Origin: Octopus sinensis
Lineage: Eukaryota
NCBI RefSeq assembly: GCF_006345805.1
Contig: NW_021834953.1
Span: 1 to 44,737 of the forward strand
Direction: 5' to 3'
DNA: 44,737 nt
Shown here: one piece after another, positions 1-11,402 of the stretch
How the letters are laid out: each line of letters starts with the position of its first letter
How positions within the stretch are numbered: the first letter of the stretch is position 1
Notes under the pieces: model-generated
Database searches by the model: none
What the model was told of the DNA's origin: nothing
The model's input: only the letters and a program-made list of their open reading frames with translations
Program-made: the position numbers and the translations under genes

Positions 1-540
1 GTGGTGGTAGTAGTAGTAGTAGTATCTGTGTGCACATGTGTTTGTGTTAGTGTGAGTAAAGTATATGTAAAGGAGTGGTGTGGACAGGCCTGCAGCCATG
101 GTTAAATTTGGCAGTGTGAGGCAAGGTGACAAGTTTGTGAGTGCATTGGTGTTGCTGTGTGTGTATGAGTGTGTGAGTATGTGTGTGTATATGCATACAG
201 ATGTGTGTGTGTGTGTGTGTGTGAAAAGCAAAGTGACAAGTGTGTGAGTGCATTGGTATGCTGTGTGTGAGTGCATTGGTATTGCTGTGTGTGTGTATAT
301 GTATTTGTGTGTACATGAGTATGAATGTGTGGGGGTGTCAGTGCATTGGTGCTGCTGTGTGTGTGTGTATTTGCATATGTGTATGTGTTTGTGTATACAT
401 ATGTACATGTATGTCTGCACATGTGTCTATATTGGCATGTGTGAAAGGTTTTTTTGTACATGTCAGGAAATGGAAGTGTGTGTGCATGTGTGGTAGATGT
501 GTATGTAGTATGTGGGGGTGCAAGCTACATATATGAATGA
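1..540. repeat. GT-rich compound low-complexity tract
   Basis: Degenerate (GT)n/(GTAT)n with a recurring GAGTGCATTGGT-like motif; accounts for the H/T/C/V-rich ORFs here. Confidence 0.85.
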
Positions 541-1089
541 GTGGAAGTGTGTGGAAGATGAACTGAAATTAAGACTAATTATATGTATTTTATGCCTCCA
601 TCACTAGCCTCAATTTTCAAGTTCGTTTAGCATTGTTTATACAATTAGACAGTTGCCTCTAGTACTGAGTCACCAGTCAACAGTCTTTTGCCATCTTCAA
701 GAGATATATGCTTAAGCGCAACCTGCAAGACTTCTTCTCCATGTCTGCTCAGGTGTCTCTCCTCTTTAGGGCCCAGTCATTTTGTGTATGTAGCTCTTCT
801 TTATACAACTGCCACACACACACATACACAAGCGTATGGAGGAGGCAAGAGTGAGAATGGTTATTAGGTGTTGAAAATATGTCAATATTAATAACAATGG
901 TCAGACATTTGGAAGAAGAGAGTTTAGTTACTAGGACTTGATAGGAGCTCAATTTATGGATCCTGGAAAGATGAAATGTAAAATCATCTCCAACAGGTTT
1001 GAACATAGAATATACGAGAACATAATACAGCAAGGCATTTGGTTAGGAATTCTACAACTTCTGCCATTCATCACCCTAACTAATAATGG

Positions 1090-1430
1090 AGGAGACCCCC
1101 TTCAGTCAAGAATGACCATGGGATTGCACCTAGAAAGTTACCGTCCGAGGCACAAGTCCGGGCAAAGTTGTTTATGGAAGGCCAGCAGTTGCTCATGCAT
1201 ACCAGCCTCCCCTCTCCACACCACTGATGTTATCGAAGGGAAAGGCAAAGGGGCCAATACAGCTTGGCACCAGTGATGTCACAACTAATTTCCACAGCTG
1301 AGTTAACTGGAGCAACATGAAATAAAGTGTCTTGCTCAAGAAAACAACACGCAGCCCGGTCCGGGAATCGAACTCACAACCTCACGATCATAAGTTCGAT
1401 GCTCCAACCCACTGAGCCATACGCCTTCAC
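1090..1430 (-). mobile_element. tRNA-derived SINE (family 3, CORE-like)
   Basis: Minus strand begins GTGAAGGCGTATGGCTCAGTGG (A box)...GAGTTCGATTCCC (B box), then CTTGAGCAAGACACTT (CORE-like). A second copy lies at 19500-19762. Confidence 0.8.
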
Positions 1431-1542
1431 TAACTAATAATAACAACAACACATCAAGATGAGCCAAAGTAAACATGCATAAATAATATTGTTGTTGTGA
1501 CTATTTATTAGAAATATGTTAAAAATAATAAAGTTTACTCAC

Positions 1543-1852
1543 TTTGAGGTACCCCAAATGGCTGTACAAGTCCGATTCCCTGGGATAAAAGGAACTGCCG
1601 TTGTTGGAACTGTATCTGTTGTATTAACTGTTGTTGTTGTATACTTAACTCATGCATTCGTTGCTTCATCTGTTTGCTATTTTTATTTTTTTCTGATGCT
1701 GTAACCGAACTATGGAGGGGACCTGACTGTACACCTGACACATTCTGCTGTTGCTGCTGTTGCTGTTGCAAGAGTTGAGATTGCTGTAGAATGTTGAGTT
1801 GCAGCTGTTCATTCAGCTGGTGCAGTAATTGTTCTTGTAATTTTTGTTGTTG
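1543..1852 (-). CDS. FoxP: FoxP internal coding exon B, Q-rich region
   Basis: Acceptor ATCTTTTTAG|CAA at 1853/1852 (phase 0, matching exon A) and consensus donor CAAA|GTGAGT at 1543/1542 (phase 1). The 310 nt read QQQKLQEQLLHQLNEQLQLNILQQSQLLQQQQQQQQNVSGVQSGPLHSSVTASEKNKNSKQMKQRMHELSIQQQQLIQQIQFQQRQFLLSQGIGLVQPFGVPQ. This parallels FOXP2 [21 protein letters not shown]...[30 protein letters not shown]...PQ (recalled). Confidence 0.9.
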
Positions 1853-2758
1853 CTAAAAAGATTGAAAATATTCTTATTAGTTATTTCGTTTAGCAATCCT
1901 AGTCTAAAGGCAGAGTCACTACAGAATGCATAAAAACACCATAAGAAAGATAACAGTAACTTGTTATGTTTATTTTACGATTATTACTTTACTGATAACT
2001 ATGCAAATCCTATACAACACTTTTGGAGAAGAAAAAAAGTGAAGTAACAAACTAAGGACATAAAATAGTTTTAGAACTGAAAAATACAAGAAAAATGTTT
2101 TTTTCCTTTTTTTTTTTGAAAAAACCGTTTATTGCAATAATCATGCATCAAGTTGAATGATCTCCTCAAGAAAGAACTTCCCTTGTTTGATGTTTTCATA
2201 GTTCCTAATGACTTGAGAAAGGTGTAGTGTCACTGCCACTACATATAATATAACAAAGAATGTTAGTTGAATGTATTTTAAATCATTTGATTAATAGTTT
2301 GTCAATTCCAGAGGCTACTGGATCGATGTTTATTATCTCATAGATTCTGTGGCATTAAATAGATGAGAACTACACGTACCCCTGGTTAAGACAGTAACAT
2401 TTCACAGCTAACTTCTTTTGTGTAATTTGGTGCTTCATCTTGACAACTAAGAGAAACAAGGCTTGGAAAATAATGTCTGCTGTCCAGGAAATAAAGGAAT
2501 ATAACGGCAGTGGGACTAAACCTAAAAATCAAGGGCTAGTGAGTTCAACAGATTATCTACTCAGCTATTTAATCTGTAGCTTTGCTTTGGAAGACATTTA
2601 GGGCACCATCACCTGAACTTCACTCAAATATTTCAATGGAGATGTTTCGCTCAAAGACATATCAACTGTTGTTGAGAATTGAGTTTTTAGAACAACCAAA
2701 CTCTTTTCATTCTGATAATTTCAAAAGCTCAATGAGACTTTGGTTTAATCCTATTAAT

Positions 2759-2974
2759 TGCCAGCTCTGTCTGGCACCTGTGCGGGTGGCACGTAAAAAG
2801 TACCCACTATACTCATGGAGTGGTTGGCGTTAGGAAGGGCATCCAGCTGTAGAAACACTGCCAGATTTGACTGGGCCTGATGAAGCCTTCTGGCTTCACA
2901 GACCCCAGTAGAACCGTCCAACACATGCTAGCATGGAAAACGGACGCTAAACGATGATGATAATGATGATGATG
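2759..2974 (+). mobile_element. (GAT)n-tailed short retroelement (family 2, RTE-related 3' end)
   Basis: GGTGGCACGTAAAAAG...GGAGTGGTTGGCGTTAGGAAGGGCATCCAGCTGTAGAAAC...CATGCTAGCATGGAAAACGGACG...(GAT)n; many copies in the window. Confidence 0.85.
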
Positions 2975-3986
2975 AATGACAGCAGATGACAAAGGATTCT
3001 GGAAGCAGTTTGTTACTACAACCTGAAATCATGGTTTTAGAGGAATCTACATAAAAAAATGGTCTGTTGCTGCAAATGAATGTTTTGTCAATCCCTTTAC
3101 AATATAACTATTATAAAGAAGGTATGTAAAATGATAATGTCTGGTAAGTTTGTTTACAATAAAACAGTTATAATAAGCAATCACAGATTTACAACAAGTT
3201 GCATTCAATAGAGAGAGTATACCTCAAGTGGTAATGACATGAAAAGTGAGGAGTTGAAAACTGTGGAACATATTTGCAACAATCAATGACGGTAATGCAA
3301 AATTTATAAAGTGGTTGGCATTGGGAAGAACATCCAGCTATAGAAACCATATCAAAATGAATCCTAGAGTCCAACATTGTCTTCAGACATGTTGGATTTT
3401 ATCAAACCATCTAACATGGATGTTAAATTCTCATGATAATGATATGAACCCATTTTGATTCTCTGCGGAATAGTCTACCAAATGTTCCCATAATTACAAT
3501 GATGTTGTCCAGAATCAAATAATTTAAAAATTGTCTTAACACAATCTTTAACATTTGGGAACATGATGAGGTGGGTGATATCTTTCTCTTATCCAAACTG
3601 GAAGCTGATCTAGATGATTAGTTGTTGAATAAAGTTTTTAGTATACAGACCTCCTGCTACTTTTTATGGAGAGAAAGAGTTGTGAAAGGCTTATCACAGC
3701 CCTCCATCAGTCTCTTCACAATTCAGACACTAGTTTAGCAGAACCTCCTCTCCTCTCCTTGCCAGTACTTTCTTTAGCCCATTACTTATTCTATTGATCT
3801 GTATTTGTTGATTTATAGGTGTAGATAAACACACACACACAAATGTATTTGTATACACATACATAAGTATATGTTATTACTTACACACACATTTTCTTTT
3901 AATTTTTTTTTCTTCCAGCATATTGTAATTAGGATTAAAGATTAAAGACAGTCAATATTTTAAGTTATTTATGAATTAAATTAAGA

Positions 3987-4128
3987 TTGTTTGCCAACAT
4001 AACATGACAGTCCTGGTTTAGGACAAATGTTGCTATAATTTAGCCCCAGGAGACATCGTCTCCAGCTGGGGCTAAATTACAGCAACATTCATCCTACACC
4101 AGGACTGGCATGTTATGTTGGCAAACAA
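3987..4128. repeat. Long inverted repeat / hairpin (63-bp arms, 16-nt spacer)
   Basis: 3987-4049 is the reverse complement of 4066-4128 with 5 mismatches; the spacer holds an inner GAGAC-ATC-GTCTC stem. Confidence 0.95.
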
Positions 4129-6580
4129 AGTACTATCACTTAATATCTCTTGTTGTAAGATTTAAAAATAGTAATTTTCTCAATTAAGATTTCCATCCGT
4201 GTTGAGTCACTTTCTTGGATTAACTGTTCATCAATTAAAACAGAATCACAAAGTAAAACAATCTTAGTTTCTCTAATATAAATATTTTAAAGTTACAATT
4301 TGATTAACATCAAACTGCAATAACCCAAAAGGATTCAGGATTATCAACTGCTCAGGATGAAATGTTAAGAGAGGATTGTCTTAAAGCTGAAGAGATGATT
4401 GGCTTACGAGAGTCACATGCTGTAAACCAATCTCTGTAAGCATGCTCTAACTTCAATGGAGTTAAACTAAATGGTCCGATGTAAGAGAAGTGTGTTGTGA
4501 GAGATATGACTGCAACGCTGAACAGGTGGCAACATAAACTGGCTGCAGTGAATGGCAACAAGGAGTGGAAATAAGGAGGAGATAAGATAAATGAATAAAA
4601 GGAACAGCTACAAGGTGTGACTCACAAACTTGAGGAGAAGACATCAAACATGCTGGTATCGGGGACTAGGGATTGTTGTTAAAAGCCAGATCAACCTAAA
4701 TTGAGAAAGTTTTAGAATCAATGGCATTCTGGTATGACCATCCTTTTTTTTTACCTTTGGGTAGAAACTGAATACCACATTCCAACATGTTTGGTTACAG
4801 TATAATGTAACTTGAGGAAAATTTGACTGCTATTTCAAAGTTGAATAACCATTTACAGGTTCTCCAAGGGAAGAGTAGCAGAAATTTAAAAGATGTGAAA
4901 GTATGTGATATATTACTGGTATATAGTAATATGGAAGAAGGAATGCTAGAGTAAAGACAGGGATTTAGAAATCAGAAAGAAAGAAAGTGATGAACAGATT
5001 TGTGTGAATAAAAGATGAAGTGAAAAGGAAAAAATAGAAATGAAAAGAAATAACAGCAGATAATATCAAAGTTGAAAATTGTTTTTTTGGGGGAAGTGTT
5101 GTTTGGCTAAATAATCATAATTAAATGTATCTAATTATTATAATTAAGTAGATCTACTTTTGTACTGAAACAGTATAAACGCATACATAAAAATATAGAC
5201 AAATACACTCACACATATAAACACACATATTTATAACACACATATACGTATGTGTGTGTGTGTATGTGTGCACACTACATTCATACGTACTAAATGTTTA
5301 TGGAAAGGAAAAAAATAAATGCAGCAAATATCTACAAAACAATTTTTGCCTTGTTTGTTTACATTTGTTATAATATGAAGAAACAGAAATAAATCAATAA
5401 TGATAGGAATGTGTGTATTTATAGAAATATAAACAAATATATTGGAATACATGTTTGCATGCAAACAGGAATTTTACATGAAACAGTAGACAAAATAAGA
5501 ATTGAGGAAAGCTTGGAAGCAAATCAGATGAAATAAATATCAGAAAGAGAAAAGCTGAATGTCTAACTTTACTGGAAAACAGAGGACATTCAAAACAGTC
5601 AAGAACTGGAAGAGTATAAATAAAAGTCGAGAGGGGGGGAGGGTTAAATTGGAGAAGGTCAGCACCCATGTTGCCTGTGTAGTCTTTCTTTGAATGGAAC
5701 AGTCTAAATGGAATGAAAGAGAGTCTATGATAATTGATTTTACATTTAAGTAGGGAGAGAGATTAGTGATTAATCTTCTGTAGAGAAGCTACTAATTCAG
5801 AAGTCCAGTGTCGCAACTGCCGTAGATCCAGCTTCACAGAAATAGTAAAACAACACGAGGTAGCCTTGCAGAATAATGGTGATGGCATAGTACAAAGAAA
5901 GTAGTAGTAGTAGTGATGGTGGTAACAAGCATAGAGATGGTGAAGATCGTAGGAACAATATATGAAGAATTGAATGTTAAAGCATTTCGTTTTGTATGTC
6001 AAAGTTCTAATTTAAACCCTTCCCTAACACAAATGCCTAAAATTTTCCAAATCAACTAAATAAATAAAAGCCTTTCAAGAACAAAGACAAAACTTGAGCA
6101 TGGGCTTAACTAAAAGAAATATTTTTTGGTGAAGAGGTTGACTGGAAACAGCAAAGAAGACACTATGGGAGCAGATTAAAGCAATTTCTCTTAGGAAATG
6201 GTTACATTTGTAGACATGAAGCATTGTAGATTGAAAAAGTGCAGCAAACAGCAATCTGTGATATTCATGCATCTCCAACACTATTACATAAGCATCATCA
6301 AACGGTTGGTGTTATTTAATAACTCAATATTTTAGACATAAGACCTGGATCTTTATTGATTCTTCTACTGGCAATAGTAATTTTACTGGATTAAAATTGA
6401 AGAGAAATGTAATAAAGTGTAAAGATCAAAATAGCAATGGTTTCTTTTGTTGTATGAGAGAGCATATCTGACTGGTTCAACTACAGAAACTTTTGCCGTC
6501 TTTATGTTGTTGTAAGGGACAACAGCTGATTGGTTAAACTACAATGTCTTAGCTGCGTTAAATGTTTCTATTCTAGAGTA

Positions 6581-6875
6581 CTGGTGGCACATAAAATGCA
6601 CCATCTGAACGTGGTCATTGCCAGTGCCGGTGGCACGTAAAAAGCACCAACCGATCGTGGCCATTGCCAGCCTCGCCTGGCACCTGTGCCGGTGGCATGT
6701 AAAAAGCACCCACTACACTCACGGAGTGGTTGGTGTTAGGAAGGGCATCCAGCTGTAGAAACACTGCCAGATCAGACTGGAGCCTGGTGCAGCCTCCTGG
6801 CTTCCCAGACCCCGGTTGAACCGTCCAACCCATGCTAGCATGGAAAACGGATGTTAAACGATGATGATGATGATG
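6581..6875 (+). mobile_element. Family 2 (GAT)n-tailed element with three 5' tandem GGTGGCAC(G/A)TAAAA units
   Basis: Same diagnostic sequence as 2759-2974; ends about 150 nt from the exon A donor. Confidence 0.9.
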
Positions 6876-7022
6876 AAGGAAATCAAAGAATTTCACCCTG
6901 TCACAAGGAAGGACCTGGTATGGCATTTTAGCATTTTCCAATTAGGGTCTGTCTAATGTAAAATGAAGGTCACTGCATAAAAAAAGAACATGAGCCATAT
7001 TTTTGGAAGTGGTGCAACTGAC

Positions 7023-7370
7023 CTGTTGCTGCAAGAGTAACGTCTGTTGTTGCATAACTTGTTGCAGCTGGTTCGGATTCAGGAGTTGTTGTTGCAACAG
7101 CTGCTGCATCTGTTGTGGATTCAAGCCTTGCTGTGCAGCCAGCATGATGAGAGGGGTTTGTTGCACGGCAGCTGCTGCTGCTGCCACTGCAGCCTGCTGT
7201 TGTTGCTGCTGCTGCTGATGTTGTTGTACCTGTGCTTGGACCTGAGCTAGTTGTTGTTGTAGCGCTACAGCAGAAGAACTGTTGTCAACCAATGATTTCG
7301 ACTTTCGTTTAGCTGCTCCTGTTACTGGTGACTTTATTGACAGATGTGGAGCGAGAGCTTGTACTTGTCC
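7023..7370 (-). CDS. FoxP: FoxP (FOXP1/2/4 family) internal coding exon A, Q/A-rich N-terminal region
   Basis: Minus-strand acceptor TTCTCCTTTGTCTTTTGTAG|G at 7371/7370 and donor CAG|GTCAGT at 7023/7022. The 348 nt are open: GQVQALAPHLSIKSPVTGAAKRKSKSLVDNSSSAVALQQQLAQVQAQVQQHQQQQQQQQAAVAAAAAAVQQTPLIMLAAQQGLNPQQMQQLLQQQLLNPNQLQQVMQQQTLLLQQQ. LNPQQMQQLLQQQLLNPNQLQQVMQQQ resembles vertebrate FOXP2 [27 protein letters not shown] (recalled). Donor is phase 0. Confidence 0.9.
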
Positions 7371-8279
7371 CTACAAAAGACAAAGGAGAAACAAACAAAC
7401 TATATTTTAAAATTAAAACAAGGAAAACAAAAACAATTGATTTACATTATTTCCAGAAAAATAAGAGTTTTCTTTTATTAATATCACTGAAGTGTTCTTG
7501 TAGGAAACTTTATTTGCTGCAATCAAATCATTAGCTTCTATCATCAGCAGCACTGACAGGTAGGTGTTTTCTGAGAAAACAAGATTTCATTTACTTGTAA
7601 TATTAATTAATAACTCAATAGTTATTTCAGTGAATGGCCAAAGTATTTATTAGTGGGAAACATCTAACTCTCACTCAGGAGATATTGACTTTTCCAGTAT
7701 TAGTCATATGTATTAATATATTAGTCAATTAATAAATTAGTCATATGTATTAATAAATTAGCCAATGTTTTATTTATTTCATGCAAGTGTGCTAAATAGA
7801 AATGTGCTTTCTGTTTGTTAATCAATTAACAGTGGAGAACAATAGAGCTAACAGTTTGGAGCAGAGACACAATGGTTAACAAGGCTCAATTCCTTGTCAG
7901 AACTTCTTCGGAATTTTGACAAATATTGTACAACCAGTAAAAAAGTTTATATTGGGTTATTTCAATTGACTCCAAACAGAAATGAAATAACAGTTCTTGG
8001 ATTCAGCTAAAGAAGGAGAAAATGGTTTAATTATGGAGAAGAAACTTCAAATGGAGAGTTGAAAATATACCTGGGTAAATGAAAATATAAACCAAAATAA
8101 AATAACCAATCTCTCACTTTCTCTCTATTAAACCATTTTGTTCAATTTAACATTGGAATCTAGTTCTATATCTAAAACTTCTTCCCCACTTACACCTGCC
8201 AACACACTAACAATGGCACAATGTGTTTTAATTACTAAACTGAAAAAAAACGAACCAAATCAAATAAATATTAGAAATT

Positions 8280-8284
8280 GAGAG

Positions 8285-8372
<88 letters not shown>
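8280..8372. repeat. (GA)n microsatellite
   Basis: About 93 nt of nearly pure GA repeat with two single-base slips. Confidence 0.95.
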
Positions 8373-8373
<1 letters not shown>

Positions 8374-10260
8374 ATTTCTTTTTAGTTTTTAAAAGAAAAA
8401 CTATATGAACACCAATACCATGTGATAAGAGCTAGGAAAGCAGTTAACGTATGAAGGTCATTAATCAAATAATTTAAACAACCCTTTAAACTGGTATAAT
8501 ATATCAATAATCAAATATTATTTGTTCGGCTAAAGGAGGGGAGGATATCTTTTTTTACTGTTGCTTTTTTTAGTAAAACTAATTACAAAATTAGAGTAAT
8601 TAAATTAAGGTGTTATGGAGTCAAGACAGAAAATAAAGTTGGAAGCTTAGAGAAAGGCTAAGCAGGTTAACATAAAATAAAATTACAACCAAGAATTATT
8701 TTCAGAGAGCAATATTGAAATAATGGTTGAGTGTAGTGTCACAGTTGGTTGTATTTGGTTTTGATAAAATGGTTTGTGTCTTTATCATTATTATTATTAT
8801 TATTATTATTATTACTACGGAAAGTAAATAATGTGTGTGTGTGGGGGGGTATGTGTTCACATACACGCACGCACAAACATATATACACATCAAAGAAAAA
8901 CAGTAGAGGGAAAAATTGTTAGATGTTTCAAGCTGACAGGAAGAATTTAGTTCAATGATGCATCTTGTTGTGTGTCTTTTGATTTCGATTCTTGACAGAC
9001 TGGAATGAAGTACAAATCTAAAGACAATCATCCATGGTATACAATTATATTCTCTTTGAAACGACACTAATCATTAGAAAAAGGATCACACAGGATAAGA
9101 ACAAAAATCATTTGAACATGAGCTCAAGATTTGATGTTTGTGACTCAAAAATAAAGCTATGATGTTTTATGGCTGGCTTTGGAATAGCAACAGAATCACT
9201 GAACAATTCCAACTGACAGTGAACAATTACTTTAAAAAGTAACATTACTACTGAACGTTACATCACCAGTGGCACCAATGTAACACAGCTATTGTATGCA
9301 ACAGCAACAGTGACAAATGTAACATCACTACTATGTATCATACATACCACTTCAACAATAATGAAGCAATGTTACATGTTTTTGACCAGATAACAAGGCA
9401 TATAATATTTATAGAACTGATCACTGCCCATTGGTTATTTCATCAATTATTGACCAGCAAACACAAGGAAAGACTAAGTTAGCCTTGATGACATCTGAAC
9501 TCAGAACAATGAGACACTGAAGTAATTCCAAACAGTAAATCATGCCAACATTCTTCAATGCTAATTCCCTTGACAACACCAAGTGAAAATGAGAGCTTCT
9601 GAGTGGTTGTTTGACTGAATAGAAATAGCAGACAAATCTACTCCAAACCATAACCTACACTCTTCAAAAGGGAGGGACACACTGGACAACATAACCTGAG
9701 ATATAATGTCTGTAAAGTAGAAGTTGTAGACATGAAAAGCAGACATGATGGTCATGGCTAGAACACCTATGAATTTTAAGAGCTGCTCAATCAGGCCCAA
9801 CTTGAGATCAAATATTACCCCACCCCCATCCCAAAAGAACATCAACCTCTGCTAAATTGAGATGCCACCTTATAAGACACAACTTTAGAGCAATGGGAGA
9901 GAGAGAAAAGATATAATAGAACATTTATATGTGAAAAGGAGGGGAAGGGTTTGTACCAATATGGCGCGGAAGATGGGTGGGTGGAGGTGATGGTTACATC
10001 AAACTAAAGAATTAAACAATCACATCTGCCATTAACAAACCTGATCAACTTCCAACACAACTAGCAGAACCAACCACTACCACCTCCACTCACACCATGG
10101 CCACCAGCACCACTACCACTAGTCCTAACTATACTGACCCAATAAATATACAATTCACCAAATTTTTCCTTATTATCTCCACTGAGAGACTGAGAAAGAG
10201 TGAAAGAGGAAACCCCTACTTTACAGACACCAAGCAGGAGTGAGAGATAGAGGGGGAGGA

Positions 10261-10356
10261 GGGGTCAAATTTATGGGTCCAGAGTCAGTGAGTTAATTTA
10301 ACAGCTGCAAGGTGTTTGTCTAATTAAATGACTGAGACAGTGTTTACTTATAGGGG

Positions 10357-10360
<4 letters not shown>
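10261..10360. promoter_or_regulatory. Candidate enhancer (dense motif cluster)
   Basis: TAATTT 10294, E-box CAGCTG 10302, TGTTTGT 10313, TAATTA 10321, forkhead TGTTTAC 10341, GGGGTCA at 10261 and 10353. Unique sequence next to a (GA)n tract. Motif evidence only. Confidence 0.35.
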
Positions 10361-10387
<27 letters not shown>

Positions 10388-10577
10388 AAAGAGAAAGAAC
10401 AGAAAAAGAAATGAGGTGGTGGTGGTGGTAGTGACAGGTAAGTGGGGGATGGGGATGCATCACCACCACCACCACCACCACAACAACAACAACAACCACC
10501 AAGTCACCCCACACAAGTGAAGTCATTGTAAATTGTCAGTCAGCAATAGCATCAGCCACCACTCATTCTAGCCCATA

Positions 10578-10760
10578 ACCACCACTGCCACCCCACCACC
10601 ACTACCACCAGCACCACCACTGCCACCCCACCACCACTACCACCAGTACCACCACTGCCACCCCACCACCACTACAACCAGTACCACCACTGCCACCCCA
10701 CTACCACTACCACCAGTACCACCACTGCCACCCCACCACCACTACCACCAGCACCACCAC
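10578..10760. repeat. 35-bp minisatellite, about 5.2 copies
   Basis: Unit ACCACCACTGCCACCCCACCACCACTACCACCAG(C/T); the CTG anchor recurs at 10585, 10620, 10655, 10690, 10725. Confidence 0.95.
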
Positions 10761-11364
10761 TTCCTTATCTATACACAGCCATAAATTGACTAATGTAAAA
10801 AAATGTCTAGTGTGGGAGATGGCAAAAAGTTGATAAGAGTATTAAGAGAAGACAACAGGTTAATTGACAGGTAAACAGGAAAGTGAAAGGACCAGGTAGA
10901 TTTATCCACACCCCCTCAACCATTTAACACAAATTATCAAGGGAGCCTACTACTACTACTACTACTACCACCATAACCACAAACCAACAAATAGTGGAAG
11001 AATGGTCTTACAAATGGAGCAGCAACTTTTGTGATATTCCAAAAAAGCCGGAAAGATATATTTAAACAACAGCAAATGAATGACAAGACTCCAGCAATAA
11101 TAAAGCAGACACACAGAGATTATAATATGTGAAACATATACTGCACACCATAATGGGAATGATGTGTAACACACATACACCCTTTTATAAACAGAAAAGG
11201 GACAGTTTCAAAACACCTTAACAGCCCAGAATACCACCAAGAAATGTATTTAAAAAGCTGCAGTTTGTCACATTTTCACATGCACTGCCAACCATGGCCA
11301 CCACCTGAAACAGGGCCCCACAACTAGATGCAGTTTAAAGTCATACCGAAAACACTTATATGTA

Positions 11365-11402
<38 letters not shown>

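Larger units (their letters stand above)
1853..7022 (-). other. FoxP intron between exons A and B (5170 nt, phase 0, GT-AG)
   Basis: Bounded by the GT donor at 7022-7021 and AG acceptor at 1854-1853; reading frame is continuous across the junction. Confidence 0.85.

Noticed and set aside
938-1276. 112-aa plus-strand ORF
   Set aside because: Mostly the antisense reading of the family 3 SINE; no recognisable protein motif.
1390-1430. tRNA-like A/B boxes here and at 38751, 25602, 30715
   Set aside because: They are SINE heads followed by SINE bodies and tails; no complete cloverleaf, so not tRNA genes.
1437-1450. (AAC)n run near exon B as a possible editing-complementary sequence for the CAA repeats
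   Set aside because: Only about 9-10 bp of pairing in low-complexity sequence, too weak to support a duplex.
6615-6941. 108-aa minus-strand ORF just past exon A
   Set aside because: It is the reverse reading of the family 2 element; a near-identical peptide occurs at 32055-32141.
6942-7022. Reading frame continuing past the exon A donor (VSCTTSK...)
   Set aside because: A good CAG|GTCAGT donor coincides with the end of FoxP similarity; 27 open codons are expected by chance and there is no evidence for intron retention.
10578-10760. 35-bp direct repeats as a possible CRISPR array
   Set aside because: Units are contiguous with no unique spacers, no cas genes are present, and the context is eukaryotic.
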